The notes: generated by a model from the sequence alone, not told the origin. A stretch of DNA of 61,202 nucleotides, filler included, from Dimorphilus gyrociliatus (GCA_904063045.1; 3 parts of 3 records of this genome joined end to end with filler, not necessarily neighbours in it); one strand, 5' to 3'. Counted from the whole stretch's first letter, positions 48,684 through 60,772 are shown. Numbers and translations are program-made.

Positions 48684-50228
48684 ATGAAAATTTGTTGTAC
48701 CTTCTACTTTGTAATAATTTCGATTATTCATGTAAATATATAAATATAATATACATAGTTAAATATAAATTCATGTTGATCAGCAATGGAGAGTTGATGG
48801 TGAAATTGTAGGTGATTTTTATGTAAATCTATTGAAATGGAGAGGAAATGGAAGAGATTATAGTGGAGGTATTTGCGATACTGGACCATTTCTTCCTGAT
48901 AGTAAGAAAATATGCGATCCTATCTTTTATGTTTGCTTCTCCAAACTATATGAAAAGTAAGTAAAAAACATAGAATAAAGGTTCTAACCCTAACCCTAAC
49001 CCTAACAGCAAAACATGCTCTCTTGGTCGCATGGTTACATTTGAAAAAAATAATTATTATACAATTACACACTTTCCTGGTCTTCAACCTTATCATATAG
49101 AGATTGACAGGGAATATCAGGCTTGTTTACCAGTTTTCATTTAATTATTCCTCTCTTCTATCATCCTATTAACAATTTCAGGGTGGATTAATTGTTGATA
49201 TAGACGTTCGCGATCACGATATCTACAGCCAACCTGATTTCATTGATACTTTCCAATTTCATTTACGAACTAGGCCAAATGGGGAAAGGAAAAAATCTTG
49301 GCTAAGGGGAAAATATTTTCACAATTCAAGAAGTGTCTTTAATTTAGAATTTTGGGCAAAATGCCGAACAAATTATTATGGCGAAGATTGCTCTCTTTCA
49401 AATATTTCAGCATCGACTAAGGCAAAGTCAACTAGGCCTATCCCTATTCATAAAATAACTTCAACTAGGCTTAAACCTATCTTTAACATAGCTTCAACTA
49501 GGCCTAAACCTATCAGTAAATTAGCTTCAACCATGCCAAACACTATCTTTAACCTAGCTTCAACTAGGCCTATCCATAACATAGCTTCAACTAGGCCTAA
49601 CCCTATCCATAAAATAGCTTCAACTAGGCCTAAACCTATCAGTAAATTAGCTTCAACTAGGCCTAACCCTATCCATAAAATAGCTTCAACTAGGCCTAAA
49701 CCTATCAGTAAATTAGCTTCAACCATGCCAAACGCTGTCTTTAACCTAGCTTCAACTAGGCCAAACCCTAATCAAAATTCAACAACATTAACTAAGCTAA
49801 ATCCAAAAAGTAACCTACCTAACCCTAACCCTAACCCCAACCATAACCATATCCCTGGGTATATTCCACTGTTGGCTTCTATATTGGTTCTAGCTTTTCT
49901 GTCCTTTGCTATGAGCCTCATTATTTATCTTTATCGAGAACGAAAAAAGTCAAGAGGAGGAGAACAAATACAAAATCAAATGTATTTCAATCAACAATGC
50001 CTCAATACCAATTCGGATAAATTTTGTAATGTAGATGGAGCCAGTAGTAAAATTTTTGATTTAAATTCATCTAAACATTCAGAAAATGTTGTGTTTAATA
50101 ATCTCTACACAGATTTGGAAATTGAAGATCCAAACGTCTATGAAGTTTTACCAACCTATACCAATATGGAATTTGAAATGAATAGAAATCCTCCAAACTC
50201 TAAACATTATCAAATACCTAAACTTTAA
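48684..50228 (+). CDS. Type I membrane protein with Notch-ligand N-terminal C2/MNNL-like domain, S/T/P-rich repeat stalk, TM and cytoplasmic tail (459 aa); exons 48684-48731, 48784-48956, 49009-49120, 49182-50228
   Basis: Spliced frame is open; G.D..G..CD...CD..F.VC, LIVDIDVRDHD and C..NYYG.DC motifs; 33-bp/11-aa repeats ASTRP(K/N)PI; TM ILVLAFLSFAMSLIIYLY. Confidence 0.8.
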
Positions 50229-50651
50229 AGCAAGAACAATCAATTCTCCCAATGAAGATTATCCACTGTAACGCTTGTGAGGAGAGAATTTCTCATACAC
50301 ACTAGAGACATCTATCATCTATTTTTTAATGTATAGCTGGAATGAAAGATAATATATTACTTATTATTTGTTTGTAAAATCTCTTAGAAAGTGTGTCCTT
50401 GACATTGAAAATTTTAAAATAGAGAATCTTCTTCTAAATGTAACTGAATATTTTTTTTTATGTCAAGTATTGTAAATCTATAATCTTTTGTTTTCCTTGA
50501 AAGGTCAGGGTATGATAATAGGTTATTCAATCAATATTTGCAGTGGCGCGCCATATGTTGCTTTGCAGTATACTCTTCTCCTCCTAACTTACTTAATTAC
50601 TACTTTGTAGTTAATTAAAAAAGTCTTATAAAAGAAGAGAAATAATCAGGC

Positions 50652-50726
50652 AATTGACTATTTATTTTTACATTTTTGTCACGTGATCTTATTGGATTTA
50701 CAATAAGAAATTAGATTAGAAATTTC
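50652..50726 (-). repeat. Inverted partner of 48529-48603
   Basis: Read directly. Confidence 0.85.
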
Positions 50727-51059
50727 TTAAGAAAGAAAGAGAGGGAGAGAGAGAGAGAGAGAGGGAGAAAGAGAGGAAACTGTATATGTAAATTTTCTTC
50801 TTACCTACCAGTTTATACTTAAACTTATACCATGTACTACATAGTTTTCTCCAAACACTTACAGAATTTTCAATAATATTTACAAATATTTTTTCAACAG
50901 GAAATAATTAATTATATCTTTTTAATTGTACTTAACCTGATATTATTATGCCAATCATAAATTTTTTTTACAGAAATCAATTATCTTTCACAGTTATTGT
51001 GATAGACTTTATTACATTTTCTTTATACAATTCATTACCAATAATATTATTTTTTCAGT

Positions 51060-51480
51060 TGGAAATATGTTTTTGATATAACGAATGTATTGCCAACAGC
51101 CAATAACTTTTTCTGACAATGATTTTGGTTCAAATTTGATCAAAATCGGCCCAGTAGTTGCTGAGATCTAGTTTTTTCTATGAACGCTATATATAAACAC
51201 TGTATAACCTTATATATAACAAAAATATTCGTCAGAAAAAAACTTTTTTTCTTAATATTCAAGTTAGAGCTTTGAAATTCAGTATAGATAGTAATTTGGG
51301 TATGCCGATTCCAAATCCGTTTACAGAAATCAATTATCTCTCACCATTTCCGAGCGACAGTGATTCAAAGTTTAGTATGAACCCTTTTTTTTTAAAAACA
51401 AAAATTTTTTTTTTCAAGTTTAGCAATATATTAAAAAAAAATGTACCACAGAGGTGTCTGTTAAGTAGTTTAAATCTTAC
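51060..51480. repeat. ~360-bp repeat unit; further copies at ~53470-54110 (two in tandem) and partial at ~51715-51870
   Basis: TTCTGACAAT..TTT...TTCAAATTTGAT.AAAAT.GG.C.AGTAGTTGCT.AGAT at ~51112, ~53473 and ~53837. Confidence 0.75.
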
Positions 51481-53469
51481 GAACTCAATGTTATTTGGTC
51501 ACTCTGTCTGCTATAGAACACAACAAAATGTAAGTAAATTTGTTAATTTACCCCATTTAATTTCATTGTTTGTAATTAATTTTTGTAAGTTTGTATCTAT
51601 AAAAATATATAGATTATTGTCTATTGCTTTTTAATAATTCTTAACAATTATTTCCCTTTCAATTATTGATAATTTCTATCAAGAGTGATAAGTTACTTTT
51701 GGACAGTATATCAAATATCAGCCTATATTTTATTTTCGTCACAAAAATTTTAATTCCGTTAATAATTAAGATAGAGATTTGAAATTTGGTATATACACTA
51801 ATATTATGACACCGATTTTAAATCTTTTTACAGATTTCAATTATCTGCTATGGTTCCAAAGTTATGGCAACGTAAAATTTTTTGCCAATCTACTCAACAT
51901 AGGTGGTATATAATAACATTCGTCAGATAAAAAACTAATTTATTTAGAAAGTTTGTACATAGATTAATTTCCATACGCCAAAAACAAATCTATTTACAAA
52001 ATTTCATTATATATTTATTGTTTAAAAATGCTTATTTTTTGTTGCTTTTTGTTCAATATGTTGAGAGTGTTTTTTCCTTTTCTCAGCTACTGAATATGAC
52101 TTTTCAAAGATATCCCCATCCAGAAAAAATTAACCCAACATTTACAAGTTTTACTTATAATAGTCTCTTGATACAAATCAAGCATATTCTATTAATTGTT
52201 TTTAATTCAATGAACAATAATTTTGGAAAATCTTTTGAGACTCTTTTCAATAGTCATATTTTGAGTTATCCATTACTTGGAAATTTAAAAATTTATGAAC
52301 ACAAAAAGCTATATAACAGAATCAAACTTCACTTTGAGGAATTTCAAGAGAATGTCAATACTGAGATCAAGAATTATTACAAAGAACAAATTGACTTAAA
52401 TCAATTTTTTTATTTAAAACCTCTTCTTAAAACTCCTGCAAGTTGTTGACAAGTGGAGAATTCCTTACCATATGTCATTTATCAAGTACTAAAGAGTAAA
52501 CCCAATTGTATGGAGGGTGCTGAAATATTTAATGATGTAATTGCTGAAATCAAAGAAATGTATTTTGATCAACTTGTTGAACCAGAAGTAAATGAACAAC
52601 TCAATTCAACATTGATAATTGATAATCAAAACCAGAATGAAACAAGCCATTTTGCACCCACATCAACTTCATCACCAATACCAATATCAAATTGAAATGA
52701 AAATGATAATGAAAATTGTAAAAAAATTAAAGATGCTAATGAAAGGTATTTTAATTTGGAAAACAACAATCATTTAGCAATTAGGTCCAAAAAGGAAACA
52801 AAGAAAAATTTTAAAAACATTTTGCCCCACAATGGATTTTTGTACAGAAACTGTAATTATATCAGACTATTTTACTGACATTAAAGTTCCAGATTTTAAA
52901 AAATTTTTCAAAAAATAATATTAAAAATGTTCAATTATTATTATTCAAAAAGTTATCATTCAATACTTTTCCACATTTGCTGGTTGAGTGGCCTTTAAAG
53001 GATAAAAAAATTATTGTGATTTTGAAAGAATATCCAAAGAAACTCAAATTTGAAATTGTTGACTTTTTAAAGTGAAAACCTAATATGCCAAAGGATATCT
53101 ACTTTTTAAAAAAATATTTTCCAAGTAGGATAGAAAATAATTTGGGTTGGAGTGGCTTTCATTTAATTGATTTTGACCCAAACAAATATAAAAAAGAGCA
53201 GACAATGTTTCTTAAATTTATAAAATATGTTTTTTTGGAAAAGAAATTGGTTTAGAAACAATATTTTCTATTTCATTTTTATTTGTATATATGTTTTTAA
53301 CTTTTATATTCAGTTTTCTCTTTTTCTTGTACTTTTTTTCTATATATATATATCTTTGTGTATTTCAACTTTTGTAGTTTTTTCTACCTTTTTCTAATAA
53401 ATTTTAGTTTTCAATTTTAAACAACCGTCTTACATATTTTCTTATTTATTCTTTTATAAAGTTTATAAA

Positions 53470-54110
53470 CATCTTCTGACAATAATTTTGCTTCAAATTT
53501 GATCAAAATCGGCCTAGTAGTTGCTGAGATATGGATTCTTTTGAATGTTGTACTGTAACACTATTACAGGCTAATATAAAGAAGAAAATATTCGTCACAA
53601 AAAACCTAAATTTATTATTAATAATCACAGAGCTTTCAAATTTTGTACATAGACTAATATCGATATGCTAATTTCAAATCTCTTTACAGAATTCAACTAT
53701 CTCTCATAATTTTTGAGTTGTGGTGCGTTAAAGTTTAATGCATTTTCCATATATAATTTATAGTATATAATATTATTTTTTAAATAGGATATATTGAATT
53801 AATAGAACGAATATATTTCTAATTGGTAATATTTTATTCTGACAATAATTTACTTCAAATTTGATTAAAATTGGTCCAGTAGTTGCTAAGATATGCATTC
53901 CTATGAATGTTATATATAAACTCTGTTTTTAACATTGAAATATTCATCATCAAAAACTAAACTTCTTACTAATAATCACAGAGTATTCAAATTTTGTACA
54001 TAGACTAATATTGATATGCCAATTTCAAATCTTTTTACAGATTTTAATTATCTCTTATAGTTTTTGAGTTATGGTGCGTTAAAAAATAATACATTTTCTT
54101 ATATAATTCA
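53470..54110. repeat. Two tandem copies of the ~360-bp repeat
   Basis: Periodicity read directly. Confidence 0.75.
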
Positions 54111-54437
54111 TTATAATAATTAATATTTTTTAAATGACATATACTTAATTAATGTATGAAATTGTTTTAAACTTTGATTTTGGTGTGTTTTTTCTTTGAC
54201 TGCTAACTTTCTACTACCTAGAGTTGAAAGTACATTTAGGATTGCAAAATTCCAATTCATAGACTTCATATTCAAAGAATATAAAAAAGAACAAACTTGT
54301 CTCTTGAAACTTCTGAAGCAGTTTTTGAAACAATTATATAGACTTTATCATTATTTTTCATTTCATATGTTTTTAATTCTAGATTATAGAGATTTATTTG
54401 TTTTTTCATTTTTATATACCTTTTTCTTTTTAAATAA

Positions 54438-55410
54438 AAGGGTTAGGTTAGGGTTAGGTCTTGGGGTTAGGTTAGGGTTTAGGGTTAGGTCTTGGGGTTA
54501 GGGATTAGCACAATCAGTACAGACTGGTAATCCCAAAAGTGCACACACACTTATAACCAAGCTTTGGCTAAGGGTTGGTGTAGCTATTGAGGAGTTGCTA
54601 TCTTGAGTAGCAATTCCCCAGCCTAAGCTGTAACTGTATCTCCAACAAAACCACTTACAAATTCTCCACAAGGGTGAAGAGAACCTGTATTTAGCAACTA
54701 AAACAATGTCACCAGATTAAAACTCACAATATTTCGGAGGTATTCCTCCTTTATCAAGTGAGAGGGGAAAAGTGGCTGGTTAGATTGCCACCAGACTGAT
54801 CTCTGAGAGGCTTACTATACCTTAGGGTAGGTACTGGTTCAATCCCACACTTTTTTCACTACAAATCACCTACTTGGTGGTCAGAAAAGCAAGTCGACCA
54901 CTGACGAAAGTTGAAATTTCAACTTGCTCCGATTGTTATGAAATTTTACACAGTGCTAGATCTAATTGAACTGAGCAACTGTGCAAAATTGAAAGAAATC
55001 GGCCCAGCTGTTGCGGAGCTATGGAGCTTTGAAGTTAACGGTGGTAGGTGAGGATGGCTGACTGGCAGCCTTAGACTCTATTACCAGTATCTCGACCCTA
55101 CGTTCTATAGTAATTAGAGGGTAACCTTTCAAAATCGCAGGTATAACAATCAGGTAAGTCACTTTTCATAAAATGTAACAGAAGAAGACCTAGATTCAAT
55201 TCTATGTTCCTTCCTCTCTGTACATATATGGCCAATCCTATTTGCATGGGGCAGTCCAGAGCCCTATTCATTACCTCACCATGAAATATAACTGAATCTA
55301 AGATAAGGGGTGATTTCACCTCCAGTTTGGACTTAGAATATTTTTGAAAAATTTATCGACTTTTTTCAGTCGAAATTTTTCTAAGTCCAAAACCTAACAC
55401 TGTGTTAGGC
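54438..55410 (-). mobile_element. Inverted copy of the ~950-bp telomere-motif element
   Basis: Reverse complement of 42885-43835 with few substitutions. Confidence 0.88.
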
Positions 55411-56221
55411 TGGACTTAGAATATTTTCGGAAAATATTTTTTCCAAAATCTTTCTAAGTACCCAGGCGAATGTAACGTTTTTACAGGTAATTAACCTGAC
55501 AAAGAACTTAGAAAATTAATGATTTTCGAGAAATCTTTACAAGTCCAGAGCCTCAGTGAAGGCCAATTTTTCAAAATCGTCAGATTGCTTTCAAACTTGA
55601 ATCCAAGCTTGCCCCTACGTCGGAAAGATAGAAAGTGTACACATACATTCGTCAGCTATATTCTACAATAGAGAAGTAGTATTGAACCAGTATTGTACTA
55701 TGCAGATAGCACTGATAAAGATAAGCAGTAGTGACCTAGTTTCGTATAGGGCAGTGCATACACATTATGCAGTAATAAAACCTATTGAATTATATAAAGA
55801 ATATTTGCTATTTGCAACCTAGCATTAATATTACAATTTATTAATCCATAAATTTATGATTTCGAACTAAAACTAGTTCAATTAATTATCAATTATGCTT
55901 CAATTCTAAGTTTAGATTATATTCACTATTCAACAGTATTGTATATACAATACTGTTCTTTTTAACATGCATTAATCAGATATACTTCCTCCTTATATGC
56001 TGATGCTAAATTTACTAACTCAATCAATTGAATATCATTATTAAGGTAGAATATAAAAACGGTCAAATATACAATCTACATGTTTTCTTGATTGTTGGAC
56101 TTGTCCTACTAAAATTGTTACATCTTATGCAACTCTCCAACCTTCGAAATTCAACTATTATTTAGAAGAGGAAAACAATAAAAACATGACCATATTTACA
56201 ACTTTTCTTTGTCTTCAAATG

Positions 56222-56570
56222 TTACTTTTGTTTTTGTGAACATTGAAATTTGTGAACTATCAACCCTTAAAAGAGTATATAAACCCTATGAAATTAACAG
56301 TTGATAGTTCAGTTTTCTAACCATCAGCTAGTTGTTTAAACTAGCTTGTTTAGAACTAGAAGCTCATTTTACTCAATACATATTCTTTGGACGAAATACT
56401 GGTGTTTTGTTAATCAATTTCTACCGAAATTGCCTTTGTTAGACTATTTGTGGACGAACTTTAAAGGTTCTATTTGGACCAGTACTTTGGCAAGTTGGTA
56501 AATGATTGGAAAGGACAATTACAGTTGTGACGAACCAGAAATTCCTACAATTACAATACAACAAAGTACA
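56222..56570 (+). mobile_element. LTR family 3 copy (5' boundary undetermined)
   Basis: Matches 1-347; ends AAAGTACA. Confidence 0.8.
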
Positions 56571-56888
56571 GAAAGAAATATTTTTATTTTTCTACCTGAA
56601 CTTGGAAAATTTTTGATTTTCGAAGCTCAGCCACTCCTGAACTGTAAAAGCTACATGGTCGTGTAGCATATCAGTGAAAAGCTCTTTTTGAGCTCTATCA
56701 CCTCCAACAAAATTGAAACATCTAGGATGACGCATAACGAAACTCCTAAACGGCCCAGAATTGGGAATTTTTGCCACAGCACTGATTTTTTTGGATCAAA
56801 ACTAACTCATTGATATATATATATCCTTTGTGTACTATGTAGCATAAGGTCTGTAGACCCATGTTGTTGGGGAACTTTTGTTCACTGC

Positions 56889-57519
56889 TGTACAACTTTG
56901 GTTATATTTTACATGCTTGAACTCTATTATTTTATGCAACATATACATGTACATCTTAAAACCTACGCAAGAAAATGCTATAACATTGGCCAAACATAAG
57001 TCTGATTAGTCAGCTTGAAGGCTCATCTTTAATTACCAATAAAGGTTTGGCCAAGTTATAATTTAATTAACTGCCTAGGGTGTGGCCAAGTTATAATTCA
57101 ATTAACCTTCCTAAATGTTGAACCTTGTAACATCCTGTTACTAAAGATAAATATGAACTACACATTTTGGCAACTGTAAAGTGATGATTGGATGTCAGAG
57201 ACAAACCTCAAAGTATATAAATCCTCATTATTCTCATTTGGCATGCAGCTTCCATCTGGACCCAAGGACCTGGGAAAATCATCTGGAAACAACCTCCACT
57301 GGAACCATCCATCTACTCCTCAACATTGGAAGACAGTTTGGTAATTTGGCAACCTGCTTTTACAACTATCTACTCTGCTATCGAACTCTCATATTGTTCT
57401 TGCTTAAGTATTATTTTGCGAATAAACTGTTTTAATTTAAACATTTGTTTAAAGGTTCGAGTAGAACCAGTATTGTTATAACTTGCAAACGCATAGATTT
57501 TGCCAGCAAGAGCAGTACA
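56889..57519 (+). mobile_element. Solo LTR (family 1), 631 bp, 4-bp TSD CTGC
   Basis: TGTACA...GTACA; CTGC at 56885-56888 and 57520-57523; reverse complement of 17796-18430. Confidence 0.93.
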
Positions 57520-58499
57520 CTGCCAACTGTCAACCATCTGTTCTCATAGAGAGGTGTCTCCCACAAATTACCCCATTTTTTATTTAACAATTTGTTCTGA
57601 ACAGGTCCCATGTCTGTCCAGTCTGTACCTTCTTCTCTGCTAAGTTAAGTGTTGGTTCCATTATCTTAGGTTAGGGTTGGTTGTAAAGTTTCACTAATTT
57701 GTATCTTTTTAGGGGGCTATAGCTTAGGGTTAGGATATAAGAACCAGATGTGGTGTTTTTGTTGGGGAACTGTTTGTTCACTGCCAACTACCACAACCTG
57801 TTCCCATTAAAGAGGTGTTCAATCCTACTCAGCCAATAACTAGCCCTATTAATTTTCATTCACTGTCAATTTCTCTCTGTATCTCCAATAGGAGATTAAT
57901 ACTGCAAAACTACTATCCTGATCATCCCCACCCAGCTATTGGCCATGGTGAGAATTGTGTCATTGCTGTTGTTCAGGCTCTCTATGTTATTCACAATAGA
58001 GAATTTGTTTTGTGGTTTATTGAAGACTGTTTTAATATGCCACCATGGGGATGGCCAACATTCTAATAGATTCAGAGTGTTGGTATTTGCAAAAGAGCCA
58101 GACATTCTATGTAGTGGAGATATGGTGAAGCTAGCCATAGCCCAATTACACTTTTTACAATCAGCAATGAAAAACATGTGGTCTGAATTACAATTGAGGT
58201 TTCCCTCAATCTTTTTAGTAATATTGAAGATGAGTAGAATCAGGCCACACTTAAATGACAAGGGTAACTGTGAGAGGTATAAAAGGGAAAATATGTGACA
58301 GTACTGTGTGAGTGAAAAAATGAATGTTTAAAAATAAATTGTGATACTTCAGTTCAATATAGATGCTCTTTTAGAAAACATAGACTTAATTCAATACTAT
58401 TTAATATGAATACTTAACAATAGCATTGTGAGCTGGGTACAGATAGAGATAAAAGCTCAGAATATTCAATACATATCTTATTTGGAAAACACTGGCTTT

Positions 58500-58653
58500 T
58501 TGTTGAAAGTTTGATATAAAACTTTGGACAAATATCATTCATTTGTTGAGGTTCTATTTGGACAAGTGCTTTGGTGTAATATTAATGAGGGGTATGGACA
58601 AATATGTTTGGGATGAGAACAAAATTCCTACAATCACAATACAACAAAGTACA
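58500..58653 (+). mobile_element. Diverged LTR family 3 3' end
   Basis: GGTTCTATTTGGAC ... AAATTCCTACAATCACAATACAACAAAGTACA. Confidence 0.65.
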
Positions 58654-58814
58654 ATACAAGTAATCATAAATCTTGTAAAATATGTATTAAAGAGAAAAAA
58701 TATCAGATGTAATAAAAACATTCTACTCTCAAAAAATTATGCATTCTAGTGTTTTTCCTTAATGTGTGGAGCTTTTGTTAATTTTACATAAGCTTTTCTC
58801 CCTTCTTTCTGATA

Positions 58815-59120
58815 TTAGAAAGATATATTATAGGTTGCAAGACAATATGATCTTCTTGAATTACAATTCTCAAAAAATTGTCGTTTGCAATGTAGGCAAG
58901 AATTTCTGCTAGTATATCGCTGAAAGGAAAAGTACAAATAAAGCTTATGGAATAAATTTTCTATATATAATACCTTCTCCAATAATTCTCTCATAAGAAG
59001 AGTTTCCATCAATCCTTCATCTCTTCCATCCAATAACTCCATCAATTCACTTTGAAATGGTGCAGAAATTGCACAATGTGCCAGCATAATAGCAAGACAA
59101 ATGCCCAAAAGATATTTCAT
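58815..59120 (-). CDS. Secreted prepropeptide, 83 aa (exons 59120-58974 and 58919-58815); predicted 33-aa four-Cys mature peptide
   Basis: Signal peptide, acidic pro-region, 54-nt GT-AG intron splitting K|R, then YTSRNSCLHCKRQFFENCNSRRSYCLATYNISF. Confidence 0.8.
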   Translation of the reverse strand: MKYLLGICLAIMLAHCAISAPFQSELMELLDGRDEGLMETLLMRELLEKVLYIENLFHKLYLYFSFQRYTSRNSCLHCKRQFFENCNSRRSYCLATYNISF

Positions 59121-59399
59121 GATTTGAAATGTGTGAAAGTATAAAATATTCTAGTTGATATATATACATATATATATCTTTTATATTTTTTTGACAATAT
59201 GGAGTTTATGATAAAATGAATAGCAAAAAAACCAGTTTAAGACTTCAATAACTCAATACTGTGTAATATGCTTCTGAAGGCTGTAAACAAAAATTAATCT
59301 GTTACTATTTTATACCTGTGTACTACTTATTCAAAAACCTTTGAGAGAAATACAATCACCATTTAGCCAAATTCTGACCTTGTCTGGTCATACATAAGG

Positions 59400-59705
59400 T
59401 TCAACTTTAAGTGCCACTAAGTGTTGGCCAAGTTGTGATTGATAAGCTTTTGAAAGGGTTTGGCCAAAGTATGGTTAATTAATTATCTCAAGTGTTGAAC
59501 TTTGTAACATATTATTCATAGACCACTAACAGTAAAGTGATGATTGTATATTGGAGACAAACCTACATGCATATAAACCCTTGCTGTTATAGTCCAACTG
59601 TATTACTTAAACTGGAAAGATCAACTGGAAACAACCTTACTTAGACAGCACTCTACCCTTTCAACATTGGACATTAGTTTGGTAATTTGGCAACCTGCTA
59701 TTACA
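59400..59705 (+). mobile_element. Diverged LTR family 1 copy
   Basis: TTGGCCAAG, GTAAAGTGATGATTG, CTGGAAACAACC and TTTGGTAATTTGGCAACCTGCT shared with 57050-57360. Confidence 0.65.
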
Positions 59706-59817
59706 AATTATTGAGTGGCAAAATGTCCTGAATTGTCATATATTTATATCAAATTTATATCATATCATTTTCAACTTTCACATTATTCAAATTGATTAAG
59801 AAAGCTACTTTCAAATC

Positions 59818-59925
59818 ATGAAATCTTTTGGGATTTGTCTTGTTATTATGCTGGCACATTTTGCAATTTCTGCACCATTTCAAAGGTTTATGGAGAAAAT
59901 GTCCACAAGAGAAAAGTCCACAGGA
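59818..59925 (+). pseudogene. Truncated paralog of the prepropeptide gene
   Basis: MKSFGICLVIMLAHFAISAPFQ versus MKYLLGICLAIMLAHCAISAPFQ; same TTTCAAATCATG start context; runs into the telomere-motif element. Confidence 0.75.
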
Positions 59926-60070
59926 TTAGGGTTAGGCCACTCACACACTCAGGGTTAGGTCTTGGGGTTAGGGATTAGCACAATCAGTACAGCCTGGTAA
60001 TCCCAAAAGTGCACACACACTTATAACCAAGCTTTGGCTAAGGGTTGGTGTAGCTATTGAGGAGTTGCTA
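59925..60070 (-). mobile_element. Partial copy of the ~950-bp element (telomeric end)
   Basis: Near-identical to ~54480-54600. Confidence 0.85.
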
Positions 60071-60772
60071 GAGTAAGAACTTATTGCACAATATGAATCA
60101 AGTAGTCTTCACATCTCAAGTTGATTGATGATTTAATGTCTTAATGTAGTATATATCTAGTATTAAGTGAAATGGAACCAAGTATGGTTGACCTACATGG
60201 TTTCGTCTTCCCCTTTAGCAAAGACTCATCAGGGTCATTTCAGAGGATAGCTTAACCTAAATACTATCATGAAGGGGAGGATAGGACCAATTCTATAATT
60301 GTATCCTTCCTTGCATGAATTTTTGCTGTAATTCTTTTTGTTTTAAATGTTTGGTTATGTATAATGTGTGAGAGTAGAATATAAAATCCAAATTGTCTGA
60401 TAGATCTTATAGTGTTAATTAAAGAATTGTTCAAGTATATCAATTAGAAATATTTAATTCAGAATATTATAGATAAAGAAAAATGATTCTTAAATGAAAA
60501 CACTGGAGCTTCCCTCACTTTCATATGGACTGATATTTCAATATCTAGGTTGTGAATATGACAAGCATGTTGCACAATAATATATTTAACTTTTAAGTGA
60601 CATAATTAAATTGCTGCTTTGTTATTTTTTTGTTTGTAAAATTTGTATCCTGCACTAAGATGAATACATAGTTATTATATGAATGTTTTTTTCAATGAAA
60701 TATAAAATAATATGTTTGCATAAAAAAGACATGGAAAGCAATAATATATAATATGAATGATTTGTGCAATTC

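Noticed and set aside
49448-49726. Minus-strand ORF with repeated MVEANLLIGLGL
   Set aside because: Antisense shadow of the 33-bp coding repeat
57896-58298. Overlapping ORFs on both strands; IAGWG and SPWW motifs suggesting a protease or lectin remnant
   Set aside because: The motifs lie in different frames without supporting context
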